Source of the DNA: Candidatus Hadarchaeota archaeon
GTDB taxonomy: Archaea; CAYQAE01; CAYVLA01
Assembly: GCA_964452145.1 (NCBI GenBank)
Contig: CAYVLA010000009.1
Coordinates: 1-19,610 of the forward strand
Direction: 5' to 3'
Length of the DNA: 19,610 bases
Below are positions 8,691 to 18,309 of the stretch, in pieces. Every line of letters starts with the position of its first letter. Position 1 is the first letter of the stretch. Made by a program: the position numbers and the translations under genes. Under the pieces are notes generated by a model. It saw nothing but the letters and a program-made list of their open reading frames with translations, had not been told where the DNA came from and ran no database searches.

Positions 8691-9695
8691 CTATCCGACG
8701 GGCTGCCTGCGCGCGTCTGGCCGGGGTAGGATGGTCTTCTTGACAATGATGCCCGACGCAGCCAAGCCCGCTGCCCATAGACCGGCTAGGATGACGGTTC
8801 TTCTCATGGATTCCTTCCTCGTCCCTTCCAGTGCTTCCTCAGCAAGCCTGAGCCTGTGGTCCTCGACCTCCTCTAGCCTCTCATTCCAGGTCCCCATGAG
8901 GTCTGAGAACCTGGTGGCCCCCTGCACCCAGAGCACCGAATTGGTGAACATCTTGGCGAAGTCCTCGTTGGCCACGAGTTTGCCGTAGTAGGTATCAAGC
9001 CTGGAGACGCCGGACACCCAGATGCCGGGGAAAGCGACGGATCGGCCGCCCGCCTGGTTCCCGTTGATGAGCACCATTGGCGATCCGGTTTCCTGATCTG
9101 TGTAGAGAACGACGTATTCGCCCGGAACCTCCACGTACTGACCGTTCCGGTCCCCCGAGAAGTATGTCCCCATGCTGAACAGCTGGAATCTCTCCGACAG
9201 CCGGGAGTTGATCTCCATTTCATCCCTGCGGGCATAGGTCCTTGCCCACCTGCTCGGGCTTGTCTCCGCCACCGACACGTTGGCATGGGTCGGGAACACC
9301 TCGGTGGCGAGCCTTCCGGCGGATGACCCGTAGCAGGCATCCTTCATCCCTATCAGGCCTCCACCGCCCCGGAAGTAGTTGAGCAGGCTCACCTCCAGTG
9401 CGGCAATCTCAGCCGCGTTATCGGCGTGGATGATCATGCTCTGGGTTGTGGGGAGAGCAGCCATGAGGGAGACTACCTCGGGGTCGCTAGCGACGAGGAC
9501 CTCGGCCTTGATTCTGTAATCGCTGCGGATGAGGGATGCGAGCATCTCTGCGTACCCCACATTGGCCCCGGCATATACCAGGATGCATGGTGCTTGACCG
9601 CTTAGCCCCGCCGCCAGCCCTATTCCTGCGGTTGGGGCCACCAGAATCAGCAGGGCTGCGACCGTCAGCACCCGGTCTCTCTCCAGCGTGCTCAT
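8691..9695 (-). CDS. Exported membrane-anchored hypothetical protein with ThuA/class-I GAT-like domain
   Basis: N-terminal hydrophobic signal; YFRGGGGLIGM, GGRSVAFPG and MFTNSVLW motifs; charged helical stalk; C-terminal TM then KK. The start overlaps the upstream stop (ATGA) and has a GGAGG RBS. Confidence 0.78.
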   Translation of the reverse strand: MSTLERDRVLTVAALLILVAPTAGIGLAAGLSGQAPCILVYAGANVGYAEMLASLIRSDYRIKAEVLVASDPEVVSLMAALPTTQSMIIHADNAAEIAALEVSLLNYFRGGGGLIGMKDACYGSSAGRLATEVFPTHANVSVAETSPSRWARTYARRDEMEINSRLSERFQLFSMGTYFSGDRNGQYVEVPGEYVVLYTDQETGSPMVLINGNQAGGRSVAFPGIWVSGVSRLDTYYGKLVANEDFAKMFTNSVLWVQGATRFSDLMGTWNERLEEVEDHRLRLAEEALEGTRKESMRRTVILAGLWAAGLAASGIIVKKTILPRPDARRQPVG

Positions 9696-10543
9696 CCCAG
9701 CCCCGCCTCCATGATGTTCACTATCGGATCGCAGCACAGCTTGCCGTTGAGGCGTATCTTGATGATCTGGAGGAATGATATGATTTCGGTGTAGAAGCCT
9801 CGGGGCAGAGATCGAGACTTGACTGTGAAGAAGACCTTGATGGTGTCATCCCTGCGCGCCGATTCGAATTCGACGTATCCTCTGGGAGCCTGGGAAAGGG
9901 GAAGACGTTCTGATCCGCCCGTTGCCTGTCCGTCCGGCACATACAAGGTTTCCTCCTCTCCGTGGATTATGCCCATCGTCTTGATGTTCGTTTCGGGCTG
10001 GTAGAAGAAATCACTGACGCCCTCCATATAGTACGCCTTGCCATCTCGGTCCACCGCCGCGCAGAAGACCAATGGTTGATCCAGAATCGTCTCCTGCCCG
10101 AGTATCTGCTTGAGAACGCCGTAGTCCTCGACCGAGAGGCTCAGCAAGGTCTCACGGATCTTCAGGGTCCTAGCGAATCTCTCCGGCTCCAGCCCCAGAG
10201 CCTTTGTCCGATTCCTCAACCAGGCCAGCTTCCTGCTGTTCCCGAGGACGTCCTCCGGCACGCTGGTCGAGTCGTACTCCTTTTTCGGATCGATCATCTG
10301 CGAGGAATCGAGCCGCTTGAGCATCAGCATTGAGAACTCCAGACTCACCCTGTCATGTTTGTTCCTGGCCAGGACCGCCAAGCTGTAGAAGGCCTCATCC
10401 CCGCTCCGGTGGATCGCCGGGTGCTGGTTATCCAGTACCTCAATGGGATCCTTTGCCCTTGTGGTTGCGAGAGTCACGACGGTGAGGCCCGAAAGAATCA
10501 GCGATACGGCGGCCAGCCCTATTGCCTTCGTATTGACCCCCAT
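9692..10543 (-). CDS. Hypothetical exported protein (N-terminal signal/TM)
   Basis: ATG 10543 with GAGGT RBS, N-terminus MGVNTKAIGLAAVSLILSGLTVV. Translationally coupled to the downstream gene. No family recognised. Confidence 0.72.
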   Translation of the reverse strand: MGVNTKAIGLAAVSLILSGLTVVTLATTRAKDPIEVLDNQHPAIHRSGDEAFYSLAVLARNKHDRVSLEFSMLMLKRLDSSQMIDPKKEYDSTSVPEDVLGNSRKLAWLRNRTKALGLEPERFARTLKIRETLLSLSVEDYGVLKQILGQETILDQPLVFCAAVDRDGKAYYMEGVSDFFYQPETNIKTMGIIHGEEETLYVPDGQATGGSERLPLSQAPRGYVEFESARRDDTIKVFFTVKSRSLPRGFYTEIISFLQIIKIRLNGKLCCDPIVNIMEAGLG

Positions 10544-10568
10544 GGCGACCTCGCGCGGCCACCGGCGA

Positions 10569-10580
10569 CTTAAATATATC
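10569..10580 (-). promoter_or_regulatory. Putative TATA box for the two-gene exported-protein operon
   Basis: The minus strand reads GATATATTTAAG, about 26-37 nt upstream of ATG 10543. Confidence 0.6.
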
Positions 10581-10844
10581 ATGCAATGCGATGAGCAGGA
10601 GCAGATTCCATGCCGGAGCTCTTCTCGCATGGACCGAGGCCTAGACTCCGCGGACGCGGACTGGCATCCCTCAAGCGGCCTACTTGGATCGCAGACGGCG
10701 AGAAAGACCCGGCATCCCTGTGTCCATGCTTCCCTGAAAGCCGGCCAGGGCACCCGTATCCCCATCGATGACAGGCTTCCCCCTGCTGGTTGTGGCCTTC
10801 CCTGCCCGACTTGCGATGGTTCTGGGTCAGCCGGCACGGAACTG

Positions 10845-10859
10845 GAAAGAAGTCTTAAA
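10845..10859 (+). promoter_or_regulatory. Putative BRE/TATA promoter for the large protease gene
   Basis: GGAAAGAAGT purine run followed by CTTAAA, just upstream of the signal-peptide coding region. Confidence 0.55.
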
Positions 10860-10875
10860 GGACCAACATCTAGGA

Positions 10876-13800
10876 GTGGATTGGCCCGGGATCATCTTGA
10901 GAACACTTGCATCGGTACTTCTGTGTCTGGCAACTTTGGGTTGCCCCGTAATCATGACCTCTGTAGAGGCCGAGATTCTCCACGAATACAAGGGACCGGA
11001 TATGTCGGATTACCTGCAACTAACCGACTTCTACGTGGAGGGGCCCCTCGATCCGAGAGTTGGGGATCTCATCACCGTTCGTTTCAATCTGGAGAACTTC
11101 GGCCAGTTCCCAATCACATTTGCTGATAAGGGCGTATTCGCCGCCGCCAGGGACCCCGACGATCAAGACCGATCATTCGGCCATGTGCAGAAGGGCTCAA
11201 CGATCCAGCCGGGACAGACCGTGGCGTTCTCGGATAGTTTTCAGGCAGACAAGCCGGGCAACTGGAGGATCTGGCCCTCATACCAGATCTGGCTGACCGG
11301 AGGGAAGGAGACCAAGGAGGGCCCTGCTGACTGGCACGTCTGCGTTCTTCAGATCGGCAGCATTCAGAGACCAGACCTGACTCCCACAGCGATCACCACG
11401 CTTCCGGCCGAGCCCACCGTGGATCAGGATGTGTCGGTCGTCATCACGGTCCTCAACATCGGCGACGAATCATCCCCAAGCTGTGAAGGAACCCTGTCCT
11501 GTGCAGACTTCGCCACGACCCTCAAGGTGCCGCAGCTTGGACCAAACCAGGAAACGGTCATCTCGACCGTATGGCATCCCGACGTCGAGGGATGGCACGA
11601 ACTGATCTTCTACGTCGACTCAAAGCAGGAGATCCACGAATCCCGGGAGGACAATAACGCCGTCTCCAAGGAGGTCTACGTTATCGGCAGGCCCGACCTC
11701 CGTGTCCTTAGTGCAACTTTCGAACCTGAGATGATCAAGGTCGGGCAGAGCCTCACGGTCACGCTGAGAATCGGCAACGACGGTTCCGGCCCGGCCGGAG
11801 TCTCGAAGGCGGCGCTTCTGATCGACGGGGCCCTGGCCGTGACCTTCCCGACTCCCACGCTATCGGCAAAAGGACGGGTCGACGTTGCCGCGAACTGGAT
11901 TCCGCAGAGGGAAGGCAACTACTCCGTCACCTTCATGGCTGACTTCACCAACGCTGTGGACGAGAGCAACGAGCAGAACAATGCCCTTTCAAGGATCATC
12001 CGCGTTCTGCCCTGGGGGTCGCCCGATCTTGTCGCCCAAGCCATCACCTGGGTACCCGAGCTGGTAACCGCGGGCCGGAGAGCGTTTCTGAAGCCGTCAA
12101 TCTCCAACCTGGGCGAGGTGGCCTCTCCGCCCTGCACTGTCGAGTTCCGCGTCAACGGGGCCAAGCTCGGATCGGTTGATCTACCCATCATTCCCGCCGG
12201 CATGCGCCTTGATCAGATCGCTGAGATCACCGTCGCGTGGACGCCCTCGACCCCCGCCTCGTACAGAGTAGGGTTCATGGTCGACGTGGATGGCGTCGTG
12301 GACGAGCTTGACGAAACCAACAACGAGATCGAAGTGACTGTGGAGGTGGGCCCCTCTGACTCGGATCCCCCGACCGTCACGATATACTACATCCCGATCC
12401 GTCTTGGCGAGACCCTTCCCACCGAAAGAGACCAGGTCACCTTTGTGGCCAGGGCCAACGATCCGTCAGGAATCGACTTCATCACGATATACGTAAACGG
12501 CATGGCAATGACGACCTCTCGAAATGCCTCGTCCTGCAATCTCACATCCGGACCCTACCCAAGGAGAAGCACGGTGTTCTACGCTGCTCAGGCCGCCGAC
12601 AAGGCGGGGAATGTAGCCATCACGCCTTGGTACAACTTCACCGTCAGATCATACTATGCTGCATCACCAAGTCTCCAGATGATCATCGACCCGCCGCAGC
12701 CCACGGAGATCGACGAGGTCACGTTCACGGCCACCGCATCCTACCCCTATGGGATCAGGCTGCTCAGAATCTACCTTAACGGACACAGGATCAGGGAGGT
12801 CTCCAACGCCACCATCGTAAGCATCGTCAGAGGTCCGTGGCCCGCCGGACATACCGTGTCCTACTACGCCGAGGCCTACACCGTTGATGACCATCACCTC
12901 ACCACTCCGGAGCGATCCTTCACGGTCAGGCCGCTGGGCAGGGAGAACGTGAAGAACATGAGCAGCTATGTGGATAGGGAGGTGTTCGTTATTTCGGATC
13001 TGGACTGGAGGGCGGTCCTGTCCCTGGTGCCCATATCGGTCTGGAGGGAGATGCGACCGACGGAGCCGGTGGCCGTCGGCACGATCTACAAGTTCCCGGT
13101 TTTGATCTATCACCAGGAGGACCAGAACGCCTTCGACGCCGACGCGGTCATCAGGTTCCTCCAGCAATACGCGGAGTATGGCCGCAATAGGCTGGGAATG
13201 AGGGTGACGATCCTCGGCGACCCGCCCGCCGATCTCATCAGGCTCATGGTCGCACCCACCCCGGTTGGGGCCGGCATTCCCGAGAGCCAGATCAGGGTCT
13301 GGAGCGCCCGATCCCCGCGCACGGCCGACACCACGATCAGCCTGGCCCTTCCGCCTCTGCAGACCAGCGGATTCACCCGGGCCCTGACGGGAAGATGGGG
13401 GATTTCTCCCCGAATCCTCGGCGACGGAGCATCGGGGGTCATGCCTATGGATGACATCTTCACGGCGCGGGAGGAAAGACAGCTCCGCGACGAGTACTGG
13501 AGCAACATCGATGTCTTCGTTCTGTCGGAGGACGAGTACGCCACGGCGCTGATGGCATCTGTCTACGCCTCCCTTCTGAACGCGCCGATCCTTTTCCAGG
13601 GTCACTACGACATGGAGGAACTGGATCACAAGAGCGTCTACCTTGTTGGTCGTTTCAGTCCCGAAGAACTTGCCGATCTTGATGCCGGGAACGTCAGGGT
13701 GCTTAGCAGGTTCACGCTTGATGATCTTCGCAGACACTACGTGATAGCCACCGGCACAAACGGGATCATTTTGGTGAATCCCCTCGATCTCTGGACTCAC

Positions 13801-15750
13801 AGACGATTCGACTATGCGACTGACAAGGCCTCCGATGTCTCGTTTCTGTTCGCCAAGCACTCCCTCGCAGCCCCGTTCCTGGCAGCTGCAAAGAAAGAGG
13901 TCATAGTCAGCACCACTGCAAACTCCTATCCCGAGATAGATGCTGTGGTCGACGAGGCGATGGAGTCGCTTCCTCTGGGTGGCCCTCTGCGCTATCTGAC
14001 GATCGTCGCCTCCCCGGAGGTCATCCCCATCGCAAGGGCCAACCTGCCCTACGCACCCGCGATGTGGGGCGATGACATCTACTACCAAGGCGCCCGATAC
14101 ATCGACGTCGACATCGTCAGGAACAGCATTTCCGGAACCAGAGAGGAGTACGTGACATCCAACCTCCGCGTACAGTTCCAACCCGCCTGCTCGGATCGGG
14201 TACTGGCGTGGACTGATGAGAACACCTGGGGCGACATCTGGTACCAGGACCTCCTGACGGGTAGGACCTACCAGTTAACAGGGGCCGACGAGAACTCATC
14301 GTACATGATCGGGTCCTGCCGCCCGGCTGTCTACGGAAGCAGGATAGTCTGGCAGGATGGAAGAAGCGGCAATTGGGACATATACCTCCACGATGCCTCA
14401 ACGAACTCAACGGTTCAACTCACAACATCCCTCAGCAATCAGGAATGGCCCGCCATCTGGGAAAGCTACGTCGTCTTCCAGCAGGAATACGCCAACGGCT
14501 GGGACATAGTGTTGTGCGATCTTGACGCGATGCAGACTCGCAGGGTGACGATTGACAACTATCACCAAGAGCGACCCGCAATCTGGGGGAACAAGATAGT
14601 CTACGGCGACACCCGAGACGGGGACTGGGACGTACGCATGGCGGTCCTGAATTCGACCGGGCATGTCACCAGCCGGGATCTGATAGTGGCCTCCGGGCCG
14701 GGCGACCAGATGTATCCCCGCATCCACGAGAGACGAATTGTCTGGCAGGATAACAGCAACGGCAACTGGGACATATGGCTCTTCGACTACGCTACCTTCA
14801 GGCCGGAGCCGATCACATCCGAGCCCGTCGACCAAGTCCTCCCGAATGTCTGGGGGGATAACATCGCCTGGCTGGAGAACTCCGAAGAGGGCTCGTGGTA
14901 CGTATGCGTCTACAACATCCCCTCCCGCTCCACGCGGAGGATTGCCAGAATAGAGGTATCCGCCGACAGTGGGCCTCTCTGGCTTGAGCTGGACGGGAGG
15001 TTCTACGGCAGCACCCAGAATATGGGCCACCAGGACATAGCGACCGGACGGATATACGGCGTGACCGCCTCCGACGTCTCGGCCTACATAGCTAGGGATC
15101 TGTTCTATGATAGGATCGGCAAGAACCGGGATGCCTTGGTCATAGTCAGAGAGGACCGCCAGGACGAGATAGGCGGAGGATGGGCGGACGAGGCAGTTCT
15201 GGAGAACTACGCGAGGAACCATTACTGGACGACCGATGTCGAGGCCCAGTTCAGCAACGTATGGTTCTACTCCGGGCATACAGAGGTACACAGTAACCAT
15301 GCCACAATCCAAAGGCACTACCAGAACGCCGGGCTCATCATCTACGTGGACCACGGCCTAATGCAGGAGTTCGCGGGCGTGATCGACTCGGGCACGCTCT
15401 GCTTGATGGATATGTATCTGCAGCCTGTGACCGTGCTTGACCTTGCCTGCCTCACAGGAGCCTACTATGTGGAGGTCAACCTGGGGCAACCCCCCATGGT
15501 TCTCTCGGTGCAGCATATCAGAAGGGGGGCAATGGCCTACATGGGGGCAACCGATGTCTCCTACTGGCACCACATGTTCGATAACATCCTGCAAGCGGTG
15601 TACCGGGAGGGCAAGAGCATAGGCGAGGCATACCTGGAGGCCAGAAACGAGGACTACGATGATGATGTGTGGAATTTCAGCACAACGCTGAGAGGGGACA
15701 TCTACTATGCGTTGCTGGGGGATCCGACCTTCTGCCCGAGGTGGTGGTGA
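10876..15750 (+). CDS. Large secreted multidomain protein: Ig-like, 3x CARDB, 2x Ig-like, CWB2-like repeats, C25 (gingipain-type) cysteine peptidase with beta-propeller
   Basis: Signal peptide ending VEA. Three CARDB repeats (PDL...N.G...D....E..E.NN). Seven P(A)xxG..IVW.D repeats. C25-type motifs DIATGRI, YVDHG, LACLTG, YMGAT, SIGEAY, LLGDP. Start uncertain (GTG 10876 or TTG 10897). Confidence 0.85.
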   Translation: MDWPGIILRTLASVLLCLATLGCPVIMTSVEAEILHEYKGPDMSDYLQLTDFYVEGPLDPRVGDLITVRFNLENFGQFPITFADKGVFAAARDPDDQDRSFGHVQKGSTIQPGQTVAFSDSFQADKPGNWRIWPSYQIWLTGGKETKEGPADWHVCVLQIGSIQRPDLTPTAITTLPAEPTVDQDVSVVITVLNIGDESSPSCEGTLSCADFATTLKVPQLGPNQETVISTVWHPDVEGWHELIFYVDSKQEIHESREDNNAVSKEVYVIGRPDLRVLSATFEPEMIKVGQSLTVTLRIGNDGSGPAGVSKAALLIDGALAVTFPTPTLSAKGRVDVAANWIPQREGNYSVTFMADFTNAVDESNEQNNALSRIIRVLPWGSPDLVAQAITWVPELVTAGRRAFLKPSISNLGEVASPPCTVEFRVNGAKLGSVDLPIIPAGMRLDQIAEITVAWTPSTPASYRVGFMVDVDGVVDELDETNNEIEVTVEVGPSDSDPPTVTIYYIPIRLGETLPTERDQVTFVARANDPSGIDFITIYVNGMAMTTSRNASSCNLTSGPYPRRSTVFYAAQAADKAGNVAITPWYNFTVRSYYAASPSLQMIIDPPQPTEIDEVTFTATASYPYGIRLLRIYLNGHRIREVSNATIVSIVRGPWPAGHTVSYYAEAYTVDDHHLTTPERSFTVRPLGRENVKNMSSYVDREVFVISDLDWRAVLSLVPISVWREMRPTEPVAVGTIYKFPVLIYHQEDQNAFDADAVIRFLQQYAEYGRNRLGMRVTILGDPPADLIRLMVAPTPVGAGIPESQIRVWSARSPRTADTTISLALPPLQTSGFTRALTGRWGISPRILGDGASGVMPMDDIFTAREERQLRDEYWSNIDVFVLSEDEYATALMASVYASLLNAPILFQGHYDMEELDHKSVYLVGRFSPEELADLDAGNVRVLSRFTLDDLRRHYVIATGTNGIILVNPLDLWTHRRFDYATDKASDVSFLFAKHSLAAPFLAAAKKEVIVSTTANSYPEIDAVVDEAMESLPLGGPLRYLTIVASPEVIPIARANLPYAPAMWGDDIYYQGARYIDVDIVRNSISGTREEYVTSNLRVQFQPACSDRVLAWTDENTWGDIWYQDLLTGRTYQLTGADENSSYMIGSCRPAVYGSRIVWQDGRSGNWDIYLHDASTNSTVQLTTSLSNQEWPAIWESYVVFQQEYANGWDIVLCDLDAMQTRRVTIDNYHQERPAIWGNKIVYGDTRDGDWDVRMAVLNSTGHVTSRDLIVASGPGDQMYPRIHERRIVWQDNSNGNWDIWLFDYATFRPEPITSEPVDQVLPNVWGDNIAWLENSEEGSWYVCVYNIPSRSTRRIARIEVSADSGPLWLELDGRFYGSTQNMGHQDIATGRIYGVTASDVSAYIARDLFYDRIGKNRDALVIVREDRQDEIGGGWADEAVLENYARNHYWTTDVEAQFSNVWFYSGHTEVHSNHATIQRHYQNAGLIIYVDHGLMQEFAGVIDSGTLCLMDMYLQPVTVLDLACLTGAYYVEVNLGQPPMVLSVQHIRRGAMAYMGATDVSYWHHMFDNILQAVYREGKSIGEAYLEARNEDYDDDVWNFSTTLRGDIYYALLGDPTFCPRWW

Positions 15751-15754
15751 GCTG

Positions 15755-16843
15755 ATGAGACCCCGATGTCTTCTCGCCGCCGTTCTGATGATTTCGGCAG
15801 CCTCACTGTCCGCTGCTAAGGCCCACGAGCTTTCTCTGAACACGAGCCAAGAGGTCTACCGCCCCGGTGATACCATAAGCGCCTTTGCCCTAATCACAAA
15901 CACCAAGGAGGAGCCCACCAGTCTCTCCCTCGAGGTCCTACTGAAGGATCTGAGATCCAAAGTGGCACCGACTCTGGTGAGGTTCTCGCTTTCGCTGGCT
16001 CCCCGGGAATCGAGAACGATAGAGCTCTTCTCTCTCGTTGTGGACCAAGCCTATTACTCCGGGCCGTATTCGATTCAGGCAAACCTCGTCGAGGGGAGAT
16101 TCGTGGTTCGGCAGGCTGAGGCCCAATTCCGGATCGAAGGAGCGCCGGAGGACCTGCTGCTTGATGTCATCCTCTCTAGAGACCCGGCCAATTATGAGAG
16201 GACCTCCGTCTTCATCAAGAACGAGAAAGCGTTCCTGGCCTACAGCTGCAGCGTGCAGAATCCCAACATAACTGCGCGCCTGACGTTCCCGGACGGTTCC
16301 TCACGCGAGGTACATCTACCCACGAACCTGACGGTGAAACAGGTGGGTTCCTACTCGCTGGACGTGTGGGCCTCTAAGGATGGATACAGGCAGATCACAG
16401 CGATCAAGCAGTTCGCGGTGCTTGAGGCGGATCCTCTCCTTCTCCAGTCGTACAAGCAGCCTTCACACATCCTGCTTGGCATCACGGATGATCGGATTCG
16501 CGAAGGAGAGATCCTTGGCGTGGCTGGATCGATAGTGCCAGCCCATGCGGAGGCAAATGTGACCCTGACCTACTACAGGGCCGGACAGATCATAGAGGAG
16601 AGAAACCTTGTGACCGATGATGAGGGGCGGTTCTCCGACACATATCAACCCAGTGCCTCGGGGGAATGGAGCGTTCTGGCACGTTGGACGGGGGACTCCA
16701 ACCACCTCGGCACGGAGAGCGAGAGCACTGATTTCGAGGTGGAGAAGAGGACTCCCCAGATCGATCCATTCTTGATCCTGATCGGCGGCGCGATCATCCT
16801 GCTATTGATTGTCTCGATCGCCCTCCGGGCCCGGCGGCGCTGA
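15755..16843 (+). CDS. Exported Ig-like domain protein with C-terminal membrane anchor
   Basis: Signal peptide (AKA cleavage), YRPGDTI (MG2-like), beta-rich domains, TDDEGRFS..Y.P...G.W.V.A.W.GD, then TM and RARRR. Starts 4 nt after the protease stop, with a GGTGGTGA RBS. Confidence 0.85.
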   Translation: MRPRCLLAAVLMISAASLSAAKAHELSLNTSQEVYRPGDTISAFALITNTKEEPTSLSLEVLLKDLRSKVAPTLVRFSLSLAPRESRTIELFSLVVDQAYYSGPYSIQANLVEGRFVVRQAEAQFRIEGAPEDLLLDVILSRDPANYERTSVFIKNEKAFLAYSCSVQNPNITARLTFPDGSSREVHLPTNLTVKQVGSYSLDVWASKDGYRQITAIKQFAVLEADPLLLQSYKQPSHILLGITDDRIREGEILGVAGSIVPAHAEANVTLTYYRAGQIIEERNLVTDDEGRFSDTYQPSASGEWSVLARWTGDSNHLGTESESTDFEVEKRTPQIDPFLILIGGAIILLLIVSIALRARRR

Positions 16844-16937
16844 GCCGTGCATGCCACCAGAAGAGCCCCTCATGCCCTACCGATGACCGCTGGCAGATGA
16901 GGTAGCAAGAAGCCACCGAAACGCGCATCAAGCTCTG

Positions 16938-17870
<933 letters not shown>

Positions 17871-17935
17871 TCAAGCCTCCTGTTCCGAGTCTCCGGGCAA
17901 CCATCGTCCGAGGATCGTATGAACCCCTTCCGCCT

Positions 17936-17951
17936 CTTGATAAGTACTTTC
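17936..17951 (-). promoter_or_regulatory. Possible BRE/TATA promoter of mdh
   Basis: The minus strand reads GAAAGTACTTATCAAG, about 70 nt upstream of the start. Confidence 0.4.
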
Positions 17952-18309
17952 AGGCCTTCGGCCCATACGGAGTACCACATCCCGGCTGCTGCAGGCACTG
18001 ACCTTCTTATGAGGTGCGATGAGGCAGCGCAATGATCAGGCACCCCGTGCCCGCCTCCAACTTCTAGCACCGAGAACCAGTAAACCGAACACGCAGTCCG
18101 AAACCCATCTTGGATCGATACCCTCATCATAGTCATGGCGAGCCGCATACCGAGACATCGTGAGGCCCTGACCCTTCACAGGATACGGAAGCCTCTCGGG
18201 ATCGATCATGTTGGCGGTGCAATTCAAGGATTGCAGCAATTCGGGCCGCCTCATAACGCTTTCCGATCGATATGCTGAGGCACCAGCCTGACTCCCAACG
18301 CGCCAGCAA

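Noticed and set aside
12664..15354. Long antisense ORFs (505 aa, 315 aa) opposite the protease gene, and similar shadow ORFs elsewhere
   Set aside because: These are typical stop-poor reverse frames of GC-rich coding DNA, with no motifs or RBS.
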